Positions 23,884-35,958 of a stretch of 64,000 nt of DNA are shown here, in pieces. Where the stretch lies: NCBI GenBank assembly GCA_001949185.1, contig BDGG01000005.1, forward strand, positions 1,849,249 to 1,913,248. The letters are read 5' to 3'. The position numbers and the translations under genes are program-made. Origin of the DNA: Ramazzottius varieornatus. Its lineage: Eukaryota > Animalia > Tardigrada. Position 1 is the stretch's first letter. Every line of letters starts with the position of its first letter. The notes beneath the pieces were generated by a model. That model worked only from the letters and a program-made list of their open reading frames with translations. It did not search any database and was not told where the DNA came from.

Positions 23884-24599
23884 TTGGTTCTTCAAGGGCA
23901 ATACCACCTAAAAGAGATTTAAGACTGGTGTGCTACTGCATCTCCCGTTGCTCCTTGTCGTACCTGTATGTCGAAAACCATAAATTAGTACGTCGATCTT
24001 CCACAGTTTCGACAAGGTGCAAGCAGTGAAAAGCAAGGTGTATTTTCTAATTCCTACGCTTCTTGCCGTAACACCTCACGATGGCAAAACGTGTACTCAG
24101 CATTGATACGCAGCTCGAAGTTCTCGTCTGTAGTTTCTTACTCTTTTACAATGTCGAAAGTTCATTCCTTCTGGTGCTCACGAGCGAGGTCTACCTTTGA
24201 TCGATGTTATGAGACCACGTGGTCACCAGAAGGGATACATTTCCGACATTGTATGAGTATCGGGTTTATGTAACAACCCGAAAAGATTAGAAGGCAGTGT
24301 TACGGATAACAACATTATCGTGAAGAAGGCAAATGGCATTCCCCGAATACCAGAAGAAATTTGACAGTTCGCTTGACTCCCAGTCTTGGAACCGGAAGAA
24401 CTTATCTGAGGTCGAATTGAGGCTAATGTTATCTTGCATTTCGACCTGTCATATCTTTTCTGGATTGAAAAGACGTCAGCCAAGATCAGATATAACAGCG
24501 GCCTAGCAATCGGGATTGCCGTAAAACTGACTGTTCTTCGACGGACTTGCTCGGCGCGATCACTTCAACCCGAAATTTCACCCTTTACGTTATCCGAAG

Positions 24600-26161
24600 A
24601 TGGAAAAGCAGAATGACCGCAGGCACATTCTGTGCGTGGCCTTCCCGGCTTATGGACACATGATTCCACTGTTGGCTCTTGCCAGAAAAATCAGCGAGTA
24701 CCATGACGTTACTTTTGCCGTATCCAGAAGCCAGCACGACGAACTGAAACGGCGGGAGATCTTGAAAGATGGCGACGCTCACATCAAGCTCTTCGGCATT
24801 GACGATGGCTTTGTCGGCGATCTGGAGGATCCAACGAACATGCCACTCATGAGGGAAATTTTCCAAAAGATCATGGGCGGCGTGGCCAAGCTGGTGATGA
24901 TGATCCCAACACACAAACAACGCGCTGCACCAGGGTTCGGCATGCAAAGACCCGTCGATGTCGTCATTACGGGTAAGTTGGGACGTCGACAAATGAATCC
25001 AATCACATTGTTTCCCCAAGCGGCGCACGCTCTTGGCTAACTATAACGACAGCGTGCGTCACTCGAGTTAACGATCTGGGTGAAAGCATTTGCCGACGTC
25101 CATGTGTTGATGAATGTTTCTCCGGTTGAAAAATAATAACGAGTTTATGAATTTCAGACAACATGATAGCGGGAGCAGTGGCACCTGTCAAGTCTCGGGG
25201 GCCTCTTTTCCACCTGTTCAACACGGCCAACGCTTCGTTCAACCTGATGATTCTGCAGTTCAAAGACGACCATCCAGAGTGCGAAGACGACGAAGCCGAG
25301 GCATTCGCAAAAATGCCAAAGCCGGGTGAGACTCTACCGCCCGTCCCCAAGGAATTCAAGCCCATGATGATTTCCATGAGACAAAGTATCCTCCTTGCTG
25401 ATGGTATCATCATGAATTCTTTCCGTGGAGCCGAAGAGGAAGTTATCACGGAAATGCAGAACCGACCGGAAATGGCGCACATTCCGATTTACTGTATAGG
25501 TCCCTTAATTCCGCAGGTTAAAGAAGCAGATGCGAAGCATCAAGAGACGGAGCGGAAGGTCGCTCAGTGGTTGGCTGCAAAACCCGAAGGTAGCGTCATT
25601 TACGTTTCCTTCGGTTCGATTGCTCAAGCTGGGCAAGAACAACTCAAGGAAATCGCCGAAGCGCTGACGAACCTCGATCAGCCGTTCATTTGGTCCCTAA
25701 AAGCCAAGCACTACGAGCATTTGCCTGAGGAGTTCCAGAAGACCATCGCTAGTAGCCTGGACGATGTGAACAGTAAACATTTGATTGTTCCATGGGCACC
25801 TCAAAAGCTGCTATTGGCCCATCCTTCAGTGGGCCTTTTCGTAAGCCATTGCGGATGGAACAGTACGGTAGAAGGTTTGGCTAGCGGGAAGCCCTTCGTT
25901 TCTTGGCCGCAGTTCGGAGACCAGTTGATCAACGGAGAGTTCCTGGAAGCTAAAGGCGCTGCGGTGATTATCCGGGACGCCGGATCCAAGAAAGGAAGAC
26001 TGGTTAAGGCGGAAGAGATCGTAAATGCGGTGAGGAAGGCAGAGACTGAGTGCGCGGTTGCGGCAAAGATGTGGGGCGAAAAGATGCGAACCGCCGTCGA
26101 ACCTGGTCACGCTTCGCAAGAAGAGTTCGTAAAATTGATGCGCAAGTACAGTGAGCTCTAA
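24600..26161 (+). CDS. UDP-glycosyltransferase (GT1), tandem paralog, 2 exons (24600-24972, 25158-26161)
   Basis: Same motifs (HILCVAFPAYGHMIPL; WAPQKLLLAHPSVGLFVSHCGWNSTVEG...DQ) and the same intron position and phase as the upstream paralog. Confidence 0.93.
24979..25103. mobile_element. Family A foldback element (sole intron of second UGT)
   Basis: TGGGACGTCGACAAATG...CAAGCGGCGCAC-N25-GTGCGTCACTCG...CATTTGCCGACGTCCA. Confidence 0.85.
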
Positions 26162-27150
26162 AATCCGAATGGTCGTGCCTGGCATACCTTGACGAATTTC
26201 TGCCGCCGTAATTTCAAATGGAACGAACAGGTTTTCAGTGAAGCTACAGACATTTGATCAATTTGCATCTTTGTTCCACCTGCGAAGTAATATTACATTT
26301 TCGAGATACCGCCTACCTGCAGCTCAAGTCATGCTGTGTATAAACGCTCCAAAAGTGCGTTCAGAATTCAGAGGGCGTGATTATATACTACCACAAGCTC
26401 GTCGATACTACTCGAGCTGACGTCCTACCTTCACTTTTATTGCATGCTCGGTCCTTCGCTGATCTACTTCACCTACAGCTCGCAGCCACGGTGTGCTCCG
26501 CTTTCATCTTGTCATCGACACATCGTCAACAGTCTAGTGTCTGATAACACGGTATATCACACACTGTATAAATTATCAGTTTATCGAAAGTTGCTGGCCG
26601 ATGCTCTAAACATAGGGGTTTCTCGTGGCTGAATCAGCTGGAAACGTTGTCGATCCATCCGGGACGCAGGTCCGGGCCTCTGACGTAAGACAGGTCAGCT
26701 TGTGGAATACCCAGTCCAACTGGTCAGTGTAACAGTGAAACTCACCTTTCTCTTCTGTTGCTCTTCCACTTCCAGAAGTCCGAGTCAGTGGAACTGGCCA
26801 AATTTTTTACCTTGATTTTGAATTTTTGATTTAATTATCAACAAACACACCTACAGATTTTCTCTGTTCTTCATCAGCAGCTTCGCTCTGCCACTCGACT
26901 CCTTCTGCCATTGTGTTCTCGTTTGTTGTTTGAGGAAGTATCATATGTGTTTACTTGCGCGGATGTATCTGTTTATCTTGCCGTTTTATCCCAAATATAT
27001 CAACTGAGCTCGTCGAAACGGAGTTTCGCACAGTCGATTATTTTCCTATAGGGATGTAACCGTGATTGCTTGATTAGGCTGGTTGCAGGCTGTCGAGTTG
27101 GCCTTCCGATCATTCTTCCATTTCCGGGACCAAGACATCAGCTTCCACAA

Positions 27151-30100
27151 ATGAAAATGGATACATTAGATCCCGAGGTTATCAGAAGACCAGGTAAGCA
27201 AATGGAGGTGAGACGCCAAGCTGCTGATTGAAGAAACTAATGTTGATGCCTGAGTTTTGCATATTGTGTCAAGAATGACAGCGATTGATGAGGTTGTAAC
27301 ATAGCGAAAAGTCTTATGGTGTTTTTGTTGCAGATGCAGCGGAGATAAGACAGCGCAGAGCTCGAGTGGCATATTCTTACGAACCTCAGAATGAAGACGA
27401 ACTGGCGCTGAAGGTCGGAGACGAACTTATCATCATGGGAGAGGACGAAGAAGGTACGTGCCAAATATGCAGAGTGTCCTAACCAATCGGCACCCTTAAG
27501 CCACGTGACTATAACTTGTAGTTGATGCTGCACGTGGTACTGTGCGCTACTGTGTCGGGTATCCAGTTTAGACGTCAGAAATGTTGTACAAGTTCTGTCT
27601 CTTCGCAGTACTTGATATCATGAATTGACGAAACTGTTGCTATTTTGGTTTCTTCGTGCTTCCGCGTGTGTTCGCTGTGCAATGACTGAGGAAGAGCTCT
27701 GTTGAAGAAATTTGTGAAGGGTTTTCTAAGAGAAAGTTTCGTGGGTTGATTTGGTTTCGCTGGTGAGTGAATATCTACTTCCGTTTTGACGTCTCTGTGG
27801 TTGTTTTTCTAATTATTGTTGTGCTTGGCTATGGAAGCATGAAAGAGAACGGACAATGGGGCGGCTGGCATCTGTAGGAAGCGCGTAAGAATGGGCACCA
27901 CGCACACTACCAAAGCGTAACACTGCGCGCGTTGGTTGAGCAATAATTATTTGGTGCAAGCCGAGCAAATGAAAGCGACGGATGGTGTTGCATTGAAATA
28001 ATTGCCCTATATCAACATACATGTACATGGCGTGTTTGATGCTTGTTTGCCTTTTCGAGCCCTCAAGTCGTCGACCCGGTGGTCGATTGGCAAAATTTGG
28101 TCATAATTGTGACGCTCTTTGTTTGCAGGATGGTATCAAGCGGTCCTCCACGGAAAGACTGGTGTTTGCCCGAGCAACTTCGTCGAACTAGTTCCGGCGG
28201 AGGGACAGCAGATGGAGAAAGACAAGAACCATGAGAAAAGACCAGTGACACCGTCAGAAGCTTCGAAAGAATTGAAAGAGAAATTGTCAAACAGCCCTGG
28301 CAGAGGAAAAGAGTCAGATAAGAGGCAGAACACCATCGAACCACCATCACCCGATAAAAACGGTAGTTCTTTTTTCCTACGTGGCTCTGGAATATCCCTA
28401 AACGATGGGACGCTGCGAAAAAAGAGGAAGAGTTGGGACACAGGCGAACGATCTCCACAAGACTGGCTTTTTGAAGCGGCGCACGTTTTCAGGCAGTAAC
28501 GCTGAAAACGTGCGCCACTTGGGAGAACAATCTCGTCGAGCTCGAAATTATTATGCTTGTCTTTATGTTGTTATTGTAGATGAAGGGAAAGGAGAGATCG
28601 CACCGAAGAAATTATCCGGCATTGGCTTCGGGAATATGTTTTCTAAAGCGGATTTGTCTCAGGTGAAACTGAAGTCCGCCACGAATGCTGAGACCAACGG
28701 AAAAGATTCGAAAGAAAAAGTAAGAGGATATTTTGACGCAATGAATATTTTGGCAAGATTTGTATTCAATCGGAAAACAAGTCACAATGTGGTGGTTGAT
28801 ACATACTGATGAAGCGGTTGTTTTACTAGCCGCAGGTCGGTGGTGGACATACCGAGAAGAAGGCGTTAAACGAGCCGAAGAAAGATGCAACGAGTGATTC
28901 ACGTAAGGATATTATACACATCGATCAGAAAACTGAATAGACCATACATACGCACTTCATTCGGAAACCTGTTTGGAGGTTGAGTGGGTTTTGTGTTCGT
29001 GTCGTAGCAGTGACGGAGTACGCCAAGGCAGACTTTGATTATGAAGCCCAGAATGAAGACGAGCTGTCGTTTAGCGCCGGCGACATCATCAAAATAATCA
29101 CCAAAGATTACGTAGACGAAGGCTGGTGGAAGGGAGAGTTTAAAGGCAAAGTTGGCGTTTTCCCCGATAATTTCTGCACTGTGATACCTGCTCAACCCGA
29201 GGTACGTCAGTCACTTGCGTTTTTTTACTGCCACTTCTGTTGCATCCTATTAAGCTGTTTTTTATTGCTTTACTGATATAATTTTGTTGTCTTTTTCTTG
29301 TAGAATAAAAGACCAGTCAGAACGCCCTCGATAGGAAAAAGTGAGTCCGTTTGCCTGATTGTAGTGATGGAAGTTGGCAAACTCACAAGATCGTTTTTCC
29401 AAGTGGCGCATACTCTCAGCCAATAACACTGAAGGCATGCGTAGGTGACGTCACTTTAGGAAACGAAAGCTTGACAAACAAGATCGTTTGTTCAAGCGAC
29501 GCATGTTTCCAGCCGAAAACATTGGTAGCGTGCACCACTTAGACCTTATGTTATAGAGTTTATTTGCCAACCTTCCATATGAAGATAGTTTCATCGGGCA
29601 TAGTAGATTTGTTGTTGGTAAATGACGTAAACGATCCGTAAAATGTGCGCGTTTGTCCACAGATGAGCCGGAAAAGGTTGACAAAGTCGACAAAGAGTCC
29701 GCGCAGAAACCGGCAGCTTCCAAAAAGACGGAAGCCGCTGAAGTCAGCAGCAACAGTGACAACACCAACCACCGCGACAAAGTCCCCAAGTCTGCTACCA
29801 AAGAAGACCATGGAGACAGGCCTTCTACCGACCCGCTTCGGAAGAAGGAACACGAAAAAGATAAACCCAAAGTCGACACCGCTTCTTCGAAGAAGACCGT
29901 CGAGGAAAAAGACAAGGTCGAGAAGACTGTCACAGCTTCCAAGAAAGAACCTGAGCACAAAGTGGAGACCAAATCCACGCGTCTTCCCACTTCCATAACC
30001 GTCGAGAAAGACAAAGATAAAGACAAGATTGAGAAAGTGGCCAAGCCGGAGAAGCCATTGAAGCCTGTTCCGGGAAAGAAGCCTACAACGACGTCTTCGA

Positions 30101-31415
30101 GAGAAAACACGCCTCCCGCTTCCGACACGAAAGACTCCAAAGAGGAACGAACAAGAGCAGGTAGTTCGTCGAGTACTTTGCACGATCCTTTACAGAATAC
30201 CTCGAAGGAGCCGGCAGAGAAGAAGGAAGAGTCAAGGATGACCTTAACGAAGACGTCGCCGGCTGGCAGTGCTGTCAACTTGCGTCATCCTCAGCCATCG
30301 ACAAGCAGTGTTCCCTCCTCGTCTTCGTTGTTAGATCATGGTATGTAGACTCTCAATGTTATTTTTGTATCGGTTTGTTTTTGGAGAACTTGTTAGTACT
30401 TCGTACGAGTTGGGATATTTTTAGGCGCAAGAGGCAGCTTTGATTCGGTGACGAGCTTGGAAAAGCTGGTCCATCCGACGGCGTCTCGTGCCAAGGGACC
30501 GCTAAATCGGCGGCCGCCCTCGATGATTCGCCCTCACGATGCCAATAACGTAAGAAACAAAAATTGCTTTATCGAGTCTCTTCAGTCGCATTAGTCCATA
30601 AATTCTATGAGGTCTTTAGTTTTCCGGCAGCGAGTTTTTGGAGGCTGCTTGGCAGACTGTTAAGTTTGCGATTCGATTGAATGATTTGCTGGACTGCAGG
30701 ATGATGGGCACTTCGGCTGGGGGAACGGAATAGACGCAACGGATTCCGATATGACTTTGAAAGATCGCGAGCCCAAGGCAGCAGCGGAAGGAAAGAAGCT
30801 GACGCTGGATGTGGGGAAAGCCGTGACGCTTTCTAGGAATGAGAGCTTCAAGAAGCAACTAGGTAAGGTGAAGAATCAGAAGTTGTTCCTTTGCTGAAAT
30901 AATTTAGAGAATAATTGGGAGCTCCGCAAAGAAATTTGACAAGATTGTTTCTTAAGTGGGAGGGGGCGCACGCGTCCAGCCAATATCACCCTAAGCCTGC
31001 GCCACTTATGGAAACAGACTCGACAAGATCACTTGTTTCAAGTGGCGCACGCTCCCAGCTAATAACACTGCAAATGTGCGGCATATCGGAGATAATCTTG
31101 TCCAGGTCGTTTAGAATCTAGACCCTTCATCCCAAATCGTAGAAGGTTTTTCTGTACATGTTTGTTCTGCTGCTTTCAGAGTCGACCTTGAGCGCACAAA
31201 AGTCACCCACAGGAACGGTGAACCGGAGAGTCAGCGACCTGTCTCCGAACAACGCTGTGGAGGATGAAGTCAAGGCGCTCAAGGACGAAATCAAGACGTT
31301 AAAGGAAGACTTTGCACTACAGATCAAAGAGCTACGGGATGCCTTAAAAACCCAAAGCGAGAAAACTGCTTCGTTGGAGAAGGAGCTGGAAAAATTAAGG
31401 AAGGATGCCAAGTAA
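27151..31415 (+). CDS. CIN85/CD2AP (SH3KBP1/cindr)-like adaptor: SH3 domains, charged linker, CARMIL-type motif, C-terminal coiled coil
   Basis: SH3 [40 protein letters not shown] (split by an intron). SH3 [52 protein letters not shown]; [19 protein letters not shown]; terminal coiled coil 31180-31415. Start codon uncertain. Confidence 0.85.
28434..28545. mobile_element. Family A foldback element (CIN85-like intron)
   Basis: AAGCGGCGCAC-GTTTTCAGGCAGTAACGCTGAAAAC-GTGCGCCACTTGGG. Confidence 0.85.
29367..29579. mobile_element. Family A foldback element, double-core (CIN85-like intron)
   Basis: ATGGAAGTTGGCAAAC..ACAAGATCGTTTTTCCAAGTGGCGCAT... second core CAAGCGACGCAT-N25-GTGCACCACTT...TTTGCCAACCTTCCATA. 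Confidence 0.8.
30916..31112. mobile_element. Family A foldback element, double-core (CIN85-like intron)
   Basis: TGGGAGCTCCGCAAA...GGGGCGCAC-N25-CTGCGCCACTT...CAAGTGGCGCAC-N25-GTGCGGC. Confidence 0.8.
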
Positions 31416-31949
31416 AGGTTTTGTGTTTTTGTTTCGATTTGTTCCTTGATATATGATTTTTTTATCGATGTTGGTGCCAGAAAATGAAGCTGCTTGATTC
31501 TTGCTCTGTCCAGGTGACTTGATTGATTTCGCGTTTGGGTTAGCCTTTGAAAATTTGCCTCGTTTTTCTTGTTTCTTAATCGAAGCTTCGTTGTGACAAC
31601 GCATGTTTGTATTTTTTTATTCAGAAAGCTTTTGTTCCCGTCGTGATTGTTTTGACAGATTCAGAGTATCCGATCATCGAACCCGGTTTAACCGCAACCG
31701 GAACTTGTATTGTCGAATCTAACATTGAAATTCTTTTTTATTTTGCAATAGTCTCGCTTTCGTGAAGAAATACTGTCAAAAAGCACTCTGAAAACATTGC
31801 AAAACGAGGAGATAAAATTCGGGAAAAAAACCAGTCACAGCGATTACACAGGGTGATCGCACACCGGCCGAGGCGAGAACCCGGGAAAGAGCACGAAAAG
31901 TTTTGCCAGATAAATTATAGACTTTTCTTTCGCGAAGGAGAATGTCGAG

Positions 31950-34857
31950 TTATTTTCCTTCGACTTGTTGTACAGTGTCGGGCATTCTCCGGTTGAGCGT
32001 TTCGGGTAACGTCAGCAAAATCACACAGGAGGTAATGCAACAGAGACCGAATATCACAAAAGGAACACTGGGATGTGTGAGATGACCCTAAAGATGGCAA
32101 ATGCGCACTTTAATGAATTTAATTAAATTATCGGTTTATCACAGTTCAGTTTCATGAATTTCAAGCCGATTTGCCTTTCGAAACCAACTTGCAGTACTGC
32201 TTTTTTCCACATTTCATCTAATCGACAGTTCTTACCAACAAGAGGACTTGAGGTGTAAGAACTCCGCCAAACGTGTGACAGCAAATGCAGATACCGAAGG
32301 CTGTGTTCCGCAATACTGTCGGGAAGAGCTCGCTGCCATACACGAAGACAACGCTGTAGGTCCCCGCTAACGACGCGCGGGCCAGGAAGACAATGACGGT
32401 CCGTGCTGTATCGAGATCCACTCCCAAGAAAGTGCTATCCATCGAAGCTGCCGTAAGGCAGAGAACAGCGCAGGTCGCGAAGTACGTGAAGCACGTTCTC
32501 CTCCTTCCAAACCTGCAACCGGGAATGCAAATATTGCTGCCTGATGTCACGAGTTAGCAAGGGGGGTGAACATCGTTGTCACCTTCGCATGAAATATACA
32601 GCAACCAAGTTTAATGGCATTTCAAACAGCGATCCGAGTACCAGGTTCAAATGCAAGCTTCCGTTCAGCTCGTTCGTTGAGAAGGAGATTCCATAGTAGA
32701 CAAAGAGCACATTGAACCTTGAGAAAAACGCTAATGCTTGATCTGAGAATGAAGTGCGAACGAGGAAAGAAAAGCCGTACAGTACCATATGAATGACATG
32801 GATAAAGTGTACTTCCTCATCAGCGGAGTACGAAAGCAGTCAAGCCACGTGTAGCCAGCTTCTTTACTTTCCTCCTTCAGCAGAGATTCACGGATGCATG
32901 TCAGGTCTTCATCCAGTGTAGAATCTGGTGGTAGCTTATTCCACTGGAGAACTTTGACGACGGTTTGACGAGCTTCGGCCACTTTGCCATGGACCGTCTG
33001 CCACCGAAGGGATTCCCTCAAGAAACTACCAAGAGACAAGATCAAAACTAGAATACCTCCAGTCATTTCCTTGTCCAAATAAAACAATCGGAAGGCCGGC
33101 AAACTAGGGAAGGTTCGGTGTGGTGCAGTGAAAAAATTTCACCATCCCTCACCGAGTCAGTGACAATTTTTTCACCGCGGTGAAGGATGGTGAAAATGTT
33201 TCACTGCACCAAACCGAACCTTCCCTACGGCAAACTCGAGATAACCGTTGGTTCAACGTTTTCAAGTGGCGCACGTTTCCAACCAACAACAACGAAAACT
33301 GCGCCACCTGAGATAACGGCCAACCCGAGATAGTTTGTCGGCCTCTCATTATTCGTATACTTTTTTGTTATTCTTACAAAGGTTCGCTTAAAGCTAGGAA
33401 GCAAGGAATAATCAGGCAGAGCTGAAGCTGCCTCCAGTGCGGGAACACGTAGGCGGCGCCACTGAGTGCGCCAACGGCTAGACCTCCGAAGAGTCCTTCA
33501 AGACCTCCGACGGCGTCTCGGTACCGCGGCGAACAGAACTCCATCAAGAGTACAAAGCTAACACTCTGAACTCCCTGTAAAACGATGTTCGATGATAGGA
33601 ACAAACTCAGCCGACAGGAAGCGAACGTCGGGCAGAACACACCTGAACGAAGAACCCAAGAAAGAACCGAAGGATGAGGAAGAGCAAATAGGTATCCGGG
33701 TATGCGGTAGCGATACCCAATGGTAGGAAACAAGCGTAGCATCCAAGAATACAGCGAACCTGTACAAGCAATCTGGTAAGTTTATAAGAAGAATGGCTTG
33801 ACTCTGGAAGCGACCCGCTGCTTACCCTTCCAAAACGATCGGCTAAATGCCCGAACGCCATGCTTCCTATCATAACTCCTGTAAGGGAGACGGAAGAAAA
33901 ACTCAATAAAACGGACAGTCAAGACGGTTACTTGCCATGTCATCTTATGTGGCATAAGTCAGTGGGTTCTTCGTTCTTACCGAGGAAGTAGACTGTGGTT
34001 GCAAAGGAGACCAACCAGTACCGACTGCACACCAAATTCCACTGTAAAATCAGGATCAAATTACCCGTTCATTCGAATGACACCTTCCGCGATTTTCTGC
34101 GGGTGAGAGCAGCTGGTATCGGAAGAGGAAGCTTCGTGGACGGCTTTTACAGTAGAACGGTACATTACATCACAGATCAATATTCGGTCAGTATGTCACG
34201 TAAACAAGACAAGCGGAAGTGGTTGATTTGAACACGGCTGTTTTCTCGATTGAGTCGACTAACCTCGGCAACGATTGACCAGGTTCCGTTTTCTTCAAAC
34301 TGGTGTTGCATGTTTGTCCAGCACTCCTTTCCCTCGACTGATCCGACATCCAAGGAGTCCAAATCCTCACAGGTATTGTTGTGCGTTCCATGGAAGATCT
34401 TCAGCAAGTAAGTCTCACTGGTGTTGTTCCCCAGATTCATCGGGGACTGTTGGGAGATCCATGCAGCCGTCTCGTTACTGACCGGAAGTGCGCAAGTGGA
34501 AGTGTCCGGATGAATGGTATAGAAGATGGTAGCCAGATCACAGAACACCACCGGGAACATGCAAGCGGACAGCGCCAGCGCGAGAAGTAGTTGATATCGT
34601 CCAGGTGAGCCCATCTTGTCAAGCAACGAATCAATGGTGATGGAGTGATCAGCTGTTTCTGAAGGTGTCACTTCCCCTGGCGGCGTTTGCCCATCGGGTA
34701 CAACTGTTATGTGAGGCGCACTCTTTTCTTCCGATCTTTGCAGTAGTACTTGTAGTTCCACCTGTTCAGCGGCATCTTGATTTCTTCGATCGGGAATAAC
34801 GGGATTCTCAGATAGAAAGGAAACTCCGTTTCTTGCTTGGTGGTCCATCTCCTCCAT
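31950..34857 (-). CDS. SLC22-family organic cation/anion transporter (MFS), multi-exon
   Basis: MGSPGRYQ, SIVAE-W-N-L-V-C, FGHLADRFGR, LRESLRW, YYGIS, SELFPTVLRNTAFG, and terminal LPETLNRRMPDTVQQVEGK* (stop at 31950-31952). Confidence 0.9.
33089..33348. mobile_element. Family A foldback element interrupted by a nested MITE (SLC22 intron)
   Basis: GGAAGGCCGGCAAAC[insert]TCGAG...CAAGTGGCGCAC-N24-CTGCGCCACCTG...GTTTGTCGGCCTCTCA. Confidence 0.8.
33105..33227. mobile_element. hAT-type foldback MITE (123 bp) with perfect 8-bp TSD
   Basis: 50-bp TIRs TAGGGAAGGTTCGGT...CACCG (46/50 identical), flanked by CGGCAAAC at 33097-33104 and 33228-33235. Confidence 0.9.
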
Positions 34858-35374
34858 TCATCAGATGTCGGTTGATCATACCCATGACATACGGCCGTTC
34901 TCGGAGTTTCAAACTTGGCGTAAGAATCTGTACAGACCGATATGTCGCGGAACCGAAATCAAAAGTACTTTCATCGGCTAGGAAATCTCATAAATTGTGT
35001 ACTCCGGAATCCGGATATATACGCATGTTATGTAAGACCATAAAGATAAGGACGAGAATGATGACGCAAACGCACGGTCTCTCTGATGACGAAATACGCC
35101 ACTCGAAGGTTCCTCAAAGGTTTCACGTTGAATTCTCCAAAACCACCCGACCGGCCCCAAGAAACGATAAGACAAGACGAACAGGTTTTTGAACTGATAT
35201 TTTGTTATAAAAGTTTTTGTTTTCTGATAAATGTACGAAAGAACTTAGACACATATTATATGGTCGATACGTCTGCTGCAATAACACTTTTCCCAACTGA
35301 TCTCGGGCACTTCTCACGTCGTACATTATCATGACGGCAATCATATTGATTTTGCTATAGGGACACTGTCCACT

Positions 35375-35615
35375 AGGTAGAGGAAAACTGGTCACGACGT
35401 GCCACGAAGTACCTAACCGGGGCAGAAACAATTAGAACTGACCAGTGCGGCAATGTAAATGAGATGAAAGTACCAAGCTGCGGCAAGAGCCAGAACCATT
35501 ACCACGACGAGAATGTGGGCGAAAATGTGGGGTGAAAAGATGCATAGCGCCATGCCATGGAACCCGAACATGCCTCCTACGCAGAGTTCCTTACTTTGGA
35601 AAGTGCAGCGAGCTG
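35375..35615 (+). pseudogene. Decayed fragment of a UGT 3' end
   Basis: 35519-35615 GCGAAAATGTGGGGTGAAAAGATG...GAACCCGAACATGCCTCCTACGCAGAGTTC matches the UGT C-termini (AKMWGEKMRTAVEPGHASQEEF) with a 5-bp frameshifting duplication (CCATG). Weaker match upstream (GGAAAACTGGTC ~ GRLVK). Confidence 0.7.
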
Positions 35616-35958
35616 TATATTGGAATGTTCGTTGCTCGGATCCAGTAGAATGTTTTTAAAAGCGATAAAAAGAAGCTCGGCCTGGGAAACTTAAACTGCA
35701 TCAATTTATTGTGTTTTTAAGCTAAACTAACTCTGCGATCGAAATTAGTGGGGTCATTTGATCTCTTCAATAGCCCCCTCCCATTTGGTGATGTATGTTT
35801 TCGCCTCCACTCGATAAATTTGGATAGTCGGAAATGCATTGATGATATTGGTTCTCGTGACTGAATTTCCGTGTTCGAATCTGTGATTGGCGGTTTCTGT
35901 GTTTGGGTTAGATTTCCGACGATTCAAAGCATCTACTAGAAGTTAAATCCTGGAAAAC

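Noticed and set aside
29451-30278. Long antisense ORFs opposite low-complexity exons (also 36462-37043, 46415-46948, 49825-50505)
   Set aside because: Shadow frames of real plus-strand coding exons; no independent motifs.
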